From positions 1 to 34,574 of IMG/VR virus record IMGVR_UViG_3300044647_001529: DNA of 34,574 bases, one strand, 5' to 3'. The position numbers were made by a program, and so were the translations under genes. Shown in pieces: positions 16,553-25,367 of the stretch. Within the stretch, counting starts at the first letter, position 1. Every line of letters starts with the position of its first letter. Source of the DNA: a virus (lineage: Duplodnaviria > Caudoviricetes). The notes below the pieces were generated by a model that had not been told where the DNA came from, made no database searches, and saw nothing but the letters and a program-made list of their open reading frames with translations.

Positions 16553-17746
16553 TTAGGCGAGAGCCACGGATTTCATCGTGCCTCCGTCATTTGCCCAGAG
16601 CTTGATCGTGCCTGTGCCGGAGTTTTTCCAGACGGAAAAGCAACCAGAGGTAATGTCGGTGGATGTAGGGTCAGAGGCCGATGTATAAAAAGAAACTTCT
16701 AAAGACCTAGCCGAACCAGTTCCAGCGTTTTGTACTAATATCCCAAACCTAGTTGTTCCTGTCGCAGTAATGGCAAGACGCTCATAGTTTGATGCGTCTG
16801 TAAATGTACGATACAGACGGAGGGTTTGATTGCTGGTTCCGTTCCGCATGGCAAGCGTGTTGCCAGTTCCGTCTCTGCGTATAAATGTGTCTGCCTGAAA
16901 TGCTAAACCAGAAGAAAATGAAATTCCAAAGTTTGCATCATTTTGCAATGCCAAAAGACTTGCAGAAACTGAAAAACGCTCAGAGGAGCTTACAACGATA
17001 GCAGGAGTACCATCTCCATTTACGCCAAAACCAGCAGTAGACGTATTTCCAAGAGCAACGGAGTTGTTTGTTGCGTTGCATAAAACCCTTGTTTGCCTCT
17101 GCGTCCCCGTCCCAGCCGCCTCCGCCCCAATCTCTAGGACGTTAGTATTCCAACGAAAGAATCCCCGCTCATAGTTGCTTGCGTCCGTGAAGGTATTGTA
17201 GAGGCGGAAGGTTTGGGCGTTGGTGGAGTTGCGTTGGGCTAATGTTCCAGCGGCTCCATCACGGAGTAAAAACAAATCATGCGATGCCTGCCAATTTGAG
17301 GTTGATGACCATCTGATTCCAGATGTGCTGGATATTGATGCAAAACCATTCTGTATTCCAAAAATATTACTTCCAGATGATTGATACATTCCAGCATTGA
17401 ATTCAGTTGCACCCCCGCCAAAAAATGCCTCACCATTTGCCCTGACGTAAAATCTGCTCGATCCACCAGCCTGCAAATCAATTAGCCTTGAATCAAAATT
17501 ACTTGCTGTGTTAGTTATATTTATTAACAGTGCTTTCGGTGTTCCTGTCGTATTCCATGTTCCTGATAAACTTACAAGATTAGTTGAGTTTGTTCCAGTA
17601 ACAGAATATGATGTCGATGTAAGTCCCGATGTATTTGCAGGTGGAGCAAAAGACAGCGTAGTAAACGCCCCCGTGTTCGGCGTGGTGGAACCGATGGCCG
17701 GAGGACTGGCCAGATCCACGCTCCCGCCACCGCCGAAGAAGCCCAT
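16553..17746 (-). CDS. Fibre/spike-like virion protein with internal repeat
   Basis: PPAIGSTTPNTGAFTTL fibre motif; twice RDG..TLA.RN.T..QT.RLY.TFTDASNYER. Confidence 0.7.
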   Translation of the reverse strand: MGFFGGGGSVDLASPPAIGSTTPNTGAFTTLSFAPPANTSGLTSTSYSVTGTNSTNLVSLSGTWNTTGTPKALLINITNTASNFDSRLIDLQAGGSSRFYVRANGEAFFGGGATEFNAGMYQSSGSNIFGIQNGFASISSTSGIRWSSTSNWQASHDLFLLRDGAAGTLAQRNSTNAQTFRLYNTFTDASNYERGFFRWNTNVLEIGAEAAGTGTQRQTRVLCNATNNSVALGNTSTAGFGVNGDGTPAIVVSSSERFSVSASLLALQNDANFGISFSSGLAFQADTFIRRDGTGNTLAMRNGTSNQTLRLYRTFTDASNYERLAITATGTTRFGILVQNAGTGSARSLEVSFYTSASDPTSTDITSGCFSVWKNSGTGTIKLWANDGGTMKSVALA

Positions 17747-17749
17747 GGC

Positions 17750-18559
17750 CTACCCTTCTAGGATCGAGAAGTTCGATCCTGTGGTGGACGACAGCCACCA
17801 TACCCCGCCGGTCGGGCAAAACGCATCGAAGGTCAGTCCGGCCCCTGCGGTCAGCTGGATGCCTTGGGTGGTAGTGGGGGCAAAGCCAATCCCGATCGTC
17901 ACGGTGCTGGTGGCGATGTTTTGGACAAGGAGGAATTTGCGGGAAGTGTTAGTGACCGCACTGGTCAAGGTGGCCAGATTGGCAGTGACTACTGAGCCGA
18001 AGCGGGTGGTTAGTGCGCCGGACGGCATGGCTCCCACGGTGACGGTTCCCGAAACTGGCAAAGCGTTGCTTGTGCTAATTTCATTGTAATTTGCAAATCC
18101 GTTTTGAGAGAAAAAGGGAAGGACTCTAATTGCATCCGTTGACGCGCTATTTCCTTTAAATACAGATCCGCCAATCGGCCCGACAATCGCCCCAACCGTG
18201 ACAGAGTTAGTTACATTCGCCGTGACCGTGCCGGAGATTGGCAAAGTGCCACCAACCGATGCGGCTCCGTTAATTGTTACATTGGGAGCTGTATCATCCA
18301 GAACTGCAAAAAGGTTAGGGTATCCGCCTCCGATAATGTCTGAAGGATTTCCCAAATTTGCCGTGACCGTTCCAGCCACGGTCTGGCTGGCCGGGAAGTT
18401 GGAGATGGATACAACGCTTCCACTTACTGCACCACGCATATCTGTAATGGCTTGAGAGCCTAAAGATACAACCGTATGGGCTGGGATATGTTGCCCCCCT
18501 GTCAGAATGGTTGAAAGGGTAGTTGCTGACTGGTTGCCGTCTAAAATTGGAAGAGCCAT
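17750..18559 (-). CDS. Virion structural protein (fibre-like)
   Basis: Three (S/A)GTVT(AN/VG) repeats; C-terminal RKFLLVQN...IGIG...GIQL.AG domain. Confidence 0.65.
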   Translation of the reverse strand: MALPILDGNQSATTLSTILTGGQHIPAHTVVSLGSQAITDMRGAVSGSVVSISNFPASQTVAGTVTANLGNPSDIIGGGYPNLFAVLDDTAPNVTINGAASVGGTLPISGTVTANVTNSVTVGAIVGPIGGSVFKGNSASTDAIRVLPFFSQNGFANYNEISTSNALPVSGTVTVGAMPSGALTTRFGSVVTANLATLTSAVTNTSRKFLLVQNIATSTVTIGIGFAPTTTQGIQLTAGAGLTFDAFCPTGGVWWLSSTTGSNFSILEG

Positions 18560-18575
18560 TTTCTAGGTTCCTTTG

Positions 18576-19067
18576 TTAAATTGTGGCAATGTAAAAACTA
18601 TTAAGCTGGTCGCTAAAGTCATAGTTTCTCAGGCCATCTTCGTCCTCTTGCGGGGTTGCAAAGATATTGAGAGTCAATCCCCTCTGCCAAGCCCTTTTGT
18701 CTGTTCTTATGGTTGGGGCTTGGCTCGTTATCCTAGCCATATACACCTTTGTGTTGATGATTCTGTTTTGAATCTTGGCGGCTAGGGTTGGGGTTTCCTC
18801 GTATAGAGACTCAAAGATTTGGCAGTATTCAGAATCAAAATTTTCTTGGGTGGTCTTGGAGGCCGTATCGCTATAATTGACTGCCACAGTTAGGTCATAT
18901 AGCCCTGTATAGTTTCCCAAAAGCTGTCCATTGATAGTTGCCGAAATAGTCACATAAGGGAATAGCCTTTTGCCTGTCCTATTCGTTGTATAGGCATTGA
19001 GGCCAGAATAGTCCGCAATAAGCCTTGCCAACGCATCTTCAACCTCAAATGGGGTGGATTGATTCAT
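18576..19067 (-). CDS. Neck/tail terminator-like protein, paralog 2
   Basis: Aligns by eye with 19064-19480; ATGA overlap. Confidence 0.55.
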   Translation of the reverse strand: MNQSTPFEVEDALARLIADYSGLNAYTTNRTGKRLFPYVTISATINGQLLGNYTGLYDLTVAVNYSDTASKTTQENFDSEYCQIFESLYEETPTLAAKIQNRIINTKVYMARITSQAPTIRTDKRAWQRGLTLNIFATPQEDEDGLRNYDFSDQLNSFYIATI

Positions 19068-19480
19068 TGCTTATAGGTGGCGTTTATGTCTAGCGTAATG
19101 GTTTTGGCCCAAGTCCTATTTGTTGCTATCACTTGGGGGCTTTCCCCGGTGACTTTGGCAACAAAGATTTTGCAACTGGTCACATTGGTCATGTAGGAAG
19201 CTAAGTCTGGGTCTCTGTAAAGCTCTGCCATTATGCTTTGGAATTTTTGATCGAATAGTTGCTTTGTGTTGCCATCAGCCCTCGCCGTGTAGGTAATGGT
19301 CGCAGGGACGCTAAAAACCCCTGTAAATGGCCCCAGAAGCTCCGCACCTATCTGGGCTTGGGCAACTAGGCTTGGGAGCGTTCTTGGCGATCCTCGTTCG
19401 CTTGTGTAGGGATTAACGCCAGTTATGCCAGAAACGGCATTAAGAAGCCCATTTTCGACCTCTCTCTCGATTGAGGCCAT
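19064..19480 (-). CDS. Neck/tail terminator-like protein, paralog 1
   Basis: 138 aa alpha/beta; position after head-closure gene. Confidence 0.55.
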   Translation of the reverse strand: MASIEREVENGLLNAVSGITGVNPYTSERGSPRTLPSLVAQAQIGAELLGPFTGVFSVPATITYTARADGNTKQLFDQKFQSIMAELYRDPDLASYMTNVTSCKIFVAKVTGESPQVIATNRTWAKTITLDINATYKQ

Positions 19481-19484
19481 CGCT

Positions 19485-19802
19485 TTAGGTGGTTATGTCG
19501 GCAAGGTCGATTGTGTAGGAAATGCCATCTGGAGACAGGCTAAAGCCCGCAATCATCCTCTCATTGCCACCTAGAGTGACCAAGCCGCCGATTGATGGGG
19601 CTGAAATTACTCCGGCGCAAACCACTAGACTTTGTGTGATCCTAAAAACCTCGCCTCCTACATCCAACTCCGATGAAGTCGCCAAGTCTGTGACAGAGGC
19701 AGATACAGCGTTTGTGGCAAGCCCTGTCACGCTTGTCCAAAGGTCGTTAATGACATAAGACAAGTCGTTGCCAAAATAGGAAGTAGAAATAGCCCCGCCC
19801 AC
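19485..19802 (-). CDS. Putative head-tail joining (head closure) protein
   Basis: 105 aa; beta-barrel-like P.IGGLVTLGG..R.I.....SPDG. Confidence 0.5.
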   Translation of the reverse strand: MGGAISTSYFGNDLSYVINDLWTSVTGLATNAVSASVTDLATSSELDVGGEVFRITQSLVVCAGVISAPSIGGLVTLGGNERMIAGFSLSPDGISYTIDLADITT

Positions 19803-19813
19803 AAAACCACCTC

Positions 19814-19822
19814 TTATGTCAA
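19814..19822 (-). promoter_or_regulatory. TTGACATAA motif, 11 nt upstream of GTG 19802
   Basis: Exact 9-mer containing upstream TGA stop. Confidence 0.7.
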
Positions 19823-20505
19823 TCCATCCTTATAAGCCCCTCAAACAATGGAACATTGTCTGATTCAAACTCTCCTTTTTGCCCCCAAAATTTGCTTTCC
19901 TTTCCCCGCCTTACCGTAGAGGCCAAAATGATAGGAGATGAGTTAATCGCCCAGAATTGGTCTGCGTCCCTTATAGCCTTAGCCATTTGCTCAACGCTTG
20001 GAGCCGTATAGGTAGCAAGCCCCTCAATGCGGATATCTCTTGGACAAAGAACAATGATATTATCTTTACCCAATTCCTTTGCCGCCTCTTGAATGATTTT
20101 AAGTGGGCTATGCTGTGTGTTTTGAGAAATTCCAAAAGGGGCAATCAGATGATACTTTTCTGGAAGTCCTTCCGCTTTTTCTTCCCCAAGCCTGTCCAGA
20201 ATAATGTTTGTTTTGTCTGCGTCTTTGATCCTTGGGTCTGAATAAACAAAATCAGTCCAAGTCTTTCTGCTCTTTCTGTAATCAATATATTTATTAGGCC
20301 ATACCTCAAGATCAATAATATCTGCATTGAATGGGATTGCGCCCATTGGCTTCGCATAGGATACCAAATCAAACACGCCATGATATTGTTCGAGGCAATC
20401 AAATAAAACCTCATGCCCTTGGTCGGCTAGATATTTACAGGCGGGGAGGCATCGGAGAACATCCCCAAGCCTTTGTTGGTATTTTATAACTTTAGGTTGC
20501 ATCAT
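19819..20505 (-). CDS. Glycosyltransferase, GT-B/GT9-like
   Basis: RLGDVLRCLP, IAPFGIS, AINSSPIILAS motifs resemble heptosyltransferase family; start likely MMQPK. Confidence 0.6.
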   Translation of the reverse strand: MMQPKVIKYQQRLGDVLRCLPACKYLADQGHEVLFDCLEQYHGVFDLVSYAKPMGAIPFNADIIDLEVWPNKYIDYRKSRKTWTDFVYSDPRIKDADKTNIILDRLGEEKAEGLPEKYHLIAPFGISQNTQHSPLKIIQEAAKELGKDNIIVLCPRDIRIEGLATYTAPSVEQMAKAIRDADQFWAINSSPIILASTVRRGKESKFWGQKGEFESDNVPLFEGLIRMD

Positions 20506-21259
20506 CAACAACGCTCCTGTCTTGGACATGGGCAAAATATCTATTGATCCTAACAGGGCCATGGGTCTTTTGTAATTCCTCCCAAGATTTTAAAAGCCCT
20601 GCATAGCCATAAAAATCTTCTTTAAATTGAACTTGGCTTTTTGTCGAATAGGCAAAGTGGTCAAACACTAGCCCCATCTCCTCTGTGATTCCCCTTGGGA
20701 TTCTGATTGGCTGATGATTTAAAATGGGCGGCTCATGGCTGGTAAACTCAATGCCTTCCCCCCATTTCCATGCCCTATACCATTCGTAAGGATAAGCCCC
20801 AAGGCCAGAGCGTGAAACCACAACCTTTTTTCCTATATGATAGTGGCAAAAAAATTGTGCCGTGGTTCCGGGTGTTCGGTCAATCAAAAGCCTGTAAACA
20901 TCTTCCATCTGTTTTTCTGTCCAAAATTCATCAGCGTCTTGCTCCATCACTACACCGCAATCCACGCCCTCAAGAGCCTTGTTTACCATCTCGATCTTCC
21001 CATTGAAGGGCTTATTTTGAGAATATATTTTGACCTTATCATGCTTTAAATTTTGCAAATATTCGTGCGTTCCATCTGTGGATCGAAATTCTTTATGCCA
21101 TTTGTCTGGAACTTGCTTGCACCATCTAGTGCAGTTGATCGGGTTGCTTACTCCCTCCACAATCCTCCATTGCCAAGGGATAGTTAGCTTTTGATAAATT
21201 TCTAGCTTTTTGCTTATGAATGGCTCGCCATTTAAGACGATGGTGAAGATGGTCAACAT
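20492..21259 (-). CDS. Glycosyltransferase, GT-A/GT2-like
   Basis: TIVLNGEPFI, STDGTHEYL, QDADEFW (DxD). Confidence 0.75.
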   Translation of the reverse strand: MLTIFTIVLNGEPFISKKLEIYQKLTIPWQWRIVEGVSNPINCTRWCKQVPDKWHKEFRSTDGTHEYLQNLKHDKVKIYSQNKPFNGKIEMVNKALEGVDCGVVMEQDADEFWTEKQMEDVYRLLIDRTPGTTAQFFCHYHIGKKVVVSRSGLGAYPYEWYRAWKWGEGIEFTSHEPPILNHQPIRIPRGITEEMGLVFDHFAYSTKSQVQFKEDFYGYAGLLKSWEELQKTHGPVRINRYFAHVQDRSVVDDAT

Positions 21260-21798
21260 ACTTTTATCCAGCATTGGCCATAAAGCCCAAACCCATGCAA
21301 AAGCTCATTCACAGCTTTCATTACCTCTTGGAATGTTGAGTTATAATCATGCCCAGCCAATATCCCGCCAACCCTAATTTTGGGTAGCCAGTTTTGAATG
21401 TCTTGCTTTACTGCCTCATAAGAATGATCGGCATCTATAAAAACACCATCCAAGGAGCCATCTTCAAACAATTTTGATGCCTCGTTGGTTGTCATTCTGT
21501 GGGCATGATAAAGGCCATTGAGGGGAGCCATGTTTGAAATAAACTTTTCATACAAGCCATGCGTTATGCTTTCCGTATGCTCTTGTGATCCTTTCCAAGT
21601 GTCCACAATATGAACTTGGATGTCTTTGCTTTTGTTTTTTGCCTCGACAACTAGGAAGGCTGAACTTCTACCTTTCCAAGCCCCAAGCTCAACGATGGCT
21701 CCATTGTCCCTGCAATTTTGAACCATGGTCTTATAGACATAGGGGTCGGTAAACCAATTTTCTTCGAAGCATTCCCTTTCATAAATATGCTCGATCAT
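21253..21798 (-). CDS. Class I SAM-dependent methyltransferase (Methyltransf_24-like)
   Basis: VELGAWKGRS, VDTW, FIDADHSYEAVKQDI..W.PK...GGILAGHDY. Confidence 0.88.
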   Translation of the reverse strand: MIEHIYERECFEENWFTDPYVYKTMVQNCRDNGAIVELGAWKGRSSAFLVVEAKNKSKDIQVHIVDTWKGSQEHTESITHGLYEKFISNMAPLNGLYHAHRMTTNEASKLFEDGSLDGVFIDADHSYEAVKQDIQNWLPKIRVGGILAGHDYNSTFQEVMKAVNELLHGFGLYGQCWIKVC

Positions 21799-22394
21799 TT
21801 TCTAAAGATGGCACTTCCATTCCTCCAAGATTGCTCCTCCCATAAAAGATCATGCCCCGATGTTTTGAGCCATTGATAATTACCATAGTTCTTGATGTCG
21901 TTTGTATCGTCTAGGGCGATGATTCCGCCTTCTCTAACCTTGGGAAACCAAACCATAAAATCAGCACGACCAGAAAATGCCCCTCCATCTAATAACAGAA
22001 AGTCGGCCTCATCTTTAATAGTTGGATGCCCCCAAGTATAATTTTTAGAAACCCTGAAATCTTCTTTGTGCCATTCAATAATCTGCTCAAGGGGATATTG
22101 GTTTAAGTTGGTTCTTGTCGTTCTATAAAAATCTTCGACATCTTTTAGGATCATCCAAAGCATCGGATTACTTGAAAGCCAATTAACCGCAATTCCTCCC
22201 TGCCTTGAGTCTAGGTTATATTTATGCCTTGCTATTCTGTCTGGGTGAATCTCAAAACTAAATAGCTCCCTTGTTTTAATACATTGGGTGGAGCCATCCC
22301 CTGTTCCGCCACCTATCTCGACCCCAAGGGAAAGCCTCTCGCTGTATTTTGCTAGGGCTTGGCCGAATGGGTCTTGAAGGGTTATTTCTTGCAT
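21795..22394 (-). CDS. Putative SAM-dependent methyltransferase
   Basis: VEIGGGTGDGST, LLDGG, GGIIALDD. Confidence 0.7.
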   Translation of the reverse strand: MQEITLQDPFGQALAKYSERLSLGVEIGGGTGDGSTQCIKTRELFSFEIHPDRIARHKYNLDSRQGGIAVNWLSSNPMLWMILKDVEDFYRTTRTNLNQYPLEQIIEWHKEDFRVSKNYTWGHPTIKDEADFLLLDGGAFSGRADFMVWFPKVREGGIIALDDTNDIKNYGNYQWLKTSGHDLLWEEQSWRNGSAIFRK

Positions 22395-22642
22395 TTTGAT
22401 TTTACTGAATTTTTGATGGCCTCAACAATCACATAATTGATGACTGCCTCTTTGTCTTTGGCAAGCAATTCCATTCCAATTTCATAGAGCTCTTTCCCCG
22501 CCTTTTCATCATACTCAATATCAACAAGCACATATTTTGTTTTGTCTGGGCGGGATTTGCCAAACTTAATTATACCAAGACCCTTGGTATCCTCGCCTTT
22601 TTTGGCTGGCCTAATTCCAATTTGCGGCTTTTCTTTTCTCAT
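22382..22642 (-). CDS. Hypothetical protein
   Basis: Fills gap between GT and MTase; start uncertain. Confidence 0.5.
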   Translation of the reverse strand: MRKEKPQIGIRPAKKGEDTKGLGIIKFGKSRPDKTKYVLVDIEYDEKAGKELYEIGMELLAKDKEAVINYVIVEAIKNSVKSKCKK

Positions 22643-24272
22643 AAATGGCTTTGCCCTTCTCATAAAATTCCGGCTTGTTGTGATGTTTGATTAGATCATC
22701 TGGCTTTCCGCCTGTAAATAGAGGATTTTCATGCTTGAATTGAATATGTTTGCCTTCAATCACAACTCTATCACCATAAGCTCTTTCTGTAAATTCGTTA
22801 TCGGAATAAATACCATCGCTTTCCTGATAATCGGGGTGAAACATATATCCGCCCTGCCTTTCGAGCCTCTTTTGCGTCATAATCGCCATACAAAGGAGTT
22901 TGTCGGTGCGAAGCCCATCAGATATTGCCAAGACTTTCTCCTCGTTTGTAGCCCCAATAGCGGTCGAAATTAGGGTATCCCAATGCCTCGGCGGGCTCCA
23001 GTCGTCCGACATTTGGATCAGAATGTCCCCTTTGGCTTGTTTTGCTCCATAGTTCCAAGCGTTCACGATTCCGCCGGGATTGCATCGGATGGCTTGATGG
23101 GGAGTGTAGTCTTGGGGATCATCGTGATCGACAACAAAAATCCACTCAATCTCAAGAGGGTTTTTTGCCAGCATCAGCCACTGTTGCCTCCTTTGCCAAG
23201 CGATCTGCGGCCTTCCTTTGGTTGCGTGAATGATTGAGATTTTAGGGGCTGGCCTTGACTTCTTGATTTTTTCGGCTTCCTCTTTTTTCCCAACACAAAC
23301 AGAGGCAGTTTCATAAATGTCCAAAGATTGCCATTGATAAATAGCTTCGACTAAATTCCAGTAATGGGCAGTTGGCCTTGGTAAACTCATCGCCGCCCTT
23401 GCCGCTCCCCAGACCTTTGCCCATTGTCCCCTTGCGGAATATTCAACCGCCATCCAATAGTGGGCTTCCCTTCGATCCGGCTGAATGGCGATAGCTTCCC
23501 CAAGATATTTTAGCTTCTCCTCGCCTGTCGGGGCGCATCTTCCCATGTTGCAAAGAACATCGTATCGAAGCGTGTCCTCTAGCTCTGAAAATTGAATTGC
23601 CAACTTGCCATACTTCAAACAATCTGCCCAATTTTGGGTTAGAAAATGTTCTTGCTGGGTATAATAAAGTGCGTTAGGGGTTGGCTCTAGGGTATCTTTG
23701 AGGATGGCGAAGTTTCTGTCGGCGGAGGTCTTTTTATAGCCCTTTGGCTTGTGAACCCTTACAACTTTATCTATCCCAAAAATCCTTGAATTGTCCTCGG
23801 CTACAAGCATTTCGTGAACCCGATTCTTCCACCTGCATTTCCCCTTTAGGCTAACCATCTCTCTTAGTGGGATAAGCCCAGCGTTCTCCACCCAATATCT
23901 AAAAGCTATAAGTTGCGCTCCCCTTTCCTCTGCGGTGCTTATTGCCTCATCAATAACTCCCCCCACCCCCGGTTGCATCTCATCATCGGCATCCACCCAC
24001 ATTGCCCACTTCTCGGAACAAGCATCCAAGGCTGTATTCCTTGCGGCGGCAAAGTCATCTATATGAGGCCAATCCGTTCTTTGATTCTTATAATGAACAA
24101 CTCTAGCACCGTGAGCCAGTGCAACTTTTTCCTCCTCGGCTGTCGGATTGCTCCCCCCAGCCAAGCAAACAACAAACTCCTTCGCAATGGGCTTGAAGGA
24201 GCTAAGGCATCTTTCGAGATATTCGGCTTCATTGCCGCCACAAATAAGGTAAACAGACAGAGGATTTCTCAT
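22611..24272 (-). CDS. Two-domain GT2 glycosyltransferase with central TPR region
   Basis: YLERCLSS, DFAAARN, WVDADD, RVHE; TPR-like EAIAIQPDRREAHY; second GT domain KISIIHAT...QMSDD; start MRNPLS. Confidence 0.85.
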   Translation of the reverse strand: MRNPLSVYLICGGNEAEYLERCLSSFKPIAKEFVVCLAGGSNPTAEEEKVALAHGARVVHYKNQRTDWPHIDDFAAARNTALDACSEKWAMWVDADDEMQPGVGGVIDEAISTAEERGAQLIAFRYWVENAGLIPLREMVSLKGKCRWKNRVHEMLVAEDNSRIFGIDKVVRVHKPKGYKKTSADRNFAILKDTLEPTPNALYYTQQEHFLTQNWADCLKYGKLAIQFSELEDTLRYDVLCNMGRCAPTGEEKLKYLGEAIAIQPDRREAHYWMAVEYSARGQWAKVWGAARAAMSLPRPTAHYWNLVEAIYQWQSLDIYETASVCVGKKEEAEKIKKSRPAPKISIIHATKGRPQIAWQRRQQWLMLAKNPLEIEWIFVVDHDDPQDYTPHQAIRCNPGGIVNAWNYGAKQAKGDILIQMSDDWSPPRHWDTLISTAIGATNEEKVLAISDGLRTDKLLCMAIMTQKRLERQGGYMFHPDYQESDGIYSDNEFTERAYGDRVVIEGKHIQFKHENPLFTGGKPDDLIKHHNKPEFYEKGKAIYEKRKAANWN

Positions 24273-24292
24273 AAAGGATTTCAAGAGGGGAT

Positions 24293-24301
24293 TTATGTCA
24301 A
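24293..24301 (-). promoter_or_regulatory. TTGACATAA motif, 20 nt upstream of GT ATG, just after the terminator
   Basis: Exact 9-mer. Confidence 0.7.
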
Positions 24302-24306
24302 TTCAT

Positions 24307-24348
24307 AAAAGAAAGAGGGGCTAGAGTTTTTTAGGCTCTAGCCCCTCC
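24307..24348 (-). terminator. Rho-independent terminator after major capsid gene
   Basis: 12-bp perfect stem GAGGGGCTAGAG/CTCTAGCCCCTC, 9-nt loop, followed by TTTCTTTT. Confidence 0.9.
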
Positions 24349-24370
24349 AAGGAACCACACAATCTATTCT
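24307..24370 (-). ncRNA. Candidate 3'UTR-derived antisense RNA (seed ATTGTGTGGTTCCTT plus terminator)
   Basis: 24349-24363 is the exact inverted copy of 3889-3903 and a 14/15 copy (G:U wobble) of 1727-1741; function is inferred. Confidence 0.45.
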
Positions 24371-25336
24371 TTAGGCGAAGCTGGTGGTGATACGCACACC
24401 CGCATTCGCATCAATCAGCTTCTCAGCCGTGTTCATGCGAACCCGAAGCACATTGCTCCGGCGAGCCTCATCACGATAGCTCTCGGAGACGAAGCCTCCG
24501 GGGGCATCAACCGACCAGACCAAGGTGCGCCCAATTCCACCAGCGGTGAACTGGCCGCTCTGCACATTGGCAACGGTGATGTAGCTGTTGGAGAACACAA
24601 ACCCACCAGAGTAGGCTTTGTTCTTGTTGGCCGAGTTGATCGCCGCGCGACCAACGAGAACCTTCTGAACGCCAAGAGCCGCCGCGATTTCAGCCTCGGA
24701 GAGCAAGCGACCGCCAGTATCGGAGATAACCCCGAAGAACTGATTCTGGAGCTTGGTAGTCCGGCGGATACGCTCGAACACAGGGGCGGACATGATAACC
24801 GTATTGGCCTCATACCCTAACTTGTTGAGTTCGGTGCGGGCATTCGCCACATCGCCAGCCACATCAATATTGCCAAGGTTCGCATTGGTATATGCGGAGA
24901 TGGCGGATTGGTCGGAGGTGGTGAAGGGGGTAGTGCCAGCATTAACGATGTCGTTCACACGCTTCTCATGGCCGAGCTTGATTTGGCGGAGGAGGAAGCG
25001 GGCAGACGAGGCTTCGAGATCAAAAAAGCGATCAGCATCAGCGCGGAAGCTGTCATCAATTAGCTCTTCGAGGCCAAACTCGACCGTGTCGTAGGTATCA
25101 GTCCCAAAAGCACGGATGGCACGAGCGTAGCCCGAACCAGCGTCACGCGCCTTGGAATCGTTGTTGAGGAGGTCGGCCTGTGCCAACTGAACCTTGAGAT
25201 ACTGACCGCTTTTGGCGGGAACAGGCAGAAGGGGGAAAATTTCCGCACCGATCAGCCCGGTATCGCCATTGGGGGCTTCCACCAACGCTTGGTTGATGTC
25301 TGCCCGAATCGTTGTTCCACCAGAGATATAGCTCAT
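24371..25336 (-). CDS. Major capsid protein (lambda gpE-like, HK97 fold)
   Basis: 321 aa; IGAEIFPLLPV, ANTVIMSAPVF..I, VLVGRA; follows protease/decoration genes and precedes a strong terminator. Confidence 0.88.
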   Translation of the reverse strand: MSYISGGTTIRADINQALVEAPNGDTGLIGAEIFPLLPVPAKSGQYLKVQLAQADLLNNDSKARDAGSGYARAIRAFGTDTYDTVEFGLEELIDDSFRADADRFFDLEASSARFLLRQIKLGHEKRVNDIVNAGTTPFTTSDQSAISAYTNANLGNIDVAGDVANARTELNKLGYEANTVIMSAPVFERIRRTTKLQNQFFGVISDTGGRLLSEAEIAAALGVQKVLVGRAAINSANKNKAYSGGFVFSNSYITVANVQSGQFTAGGIGRTLVWSVDAPGGFVSESYRDEARRSNVLRVRMNTAEKLIDANAGVRITTSFA

Positions 25337-25367
25337 TTTCTTATTCTTTCTTTGTTTGGGTTAATCC

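Noticed and set aside
16553-17746. Diversity-generating retroelement TR/VR pair
   Set aside because: No reverse transcriptase; both repeats are in-frame protein repeats whose differences are not adenine-specific
21253-22394. DNA methyltransferases or restriction-modification system
   Set aside because: No DPPY/NPPY or PC catalytic motifs; they resemble small-molecule/sugar O-methyltransferases
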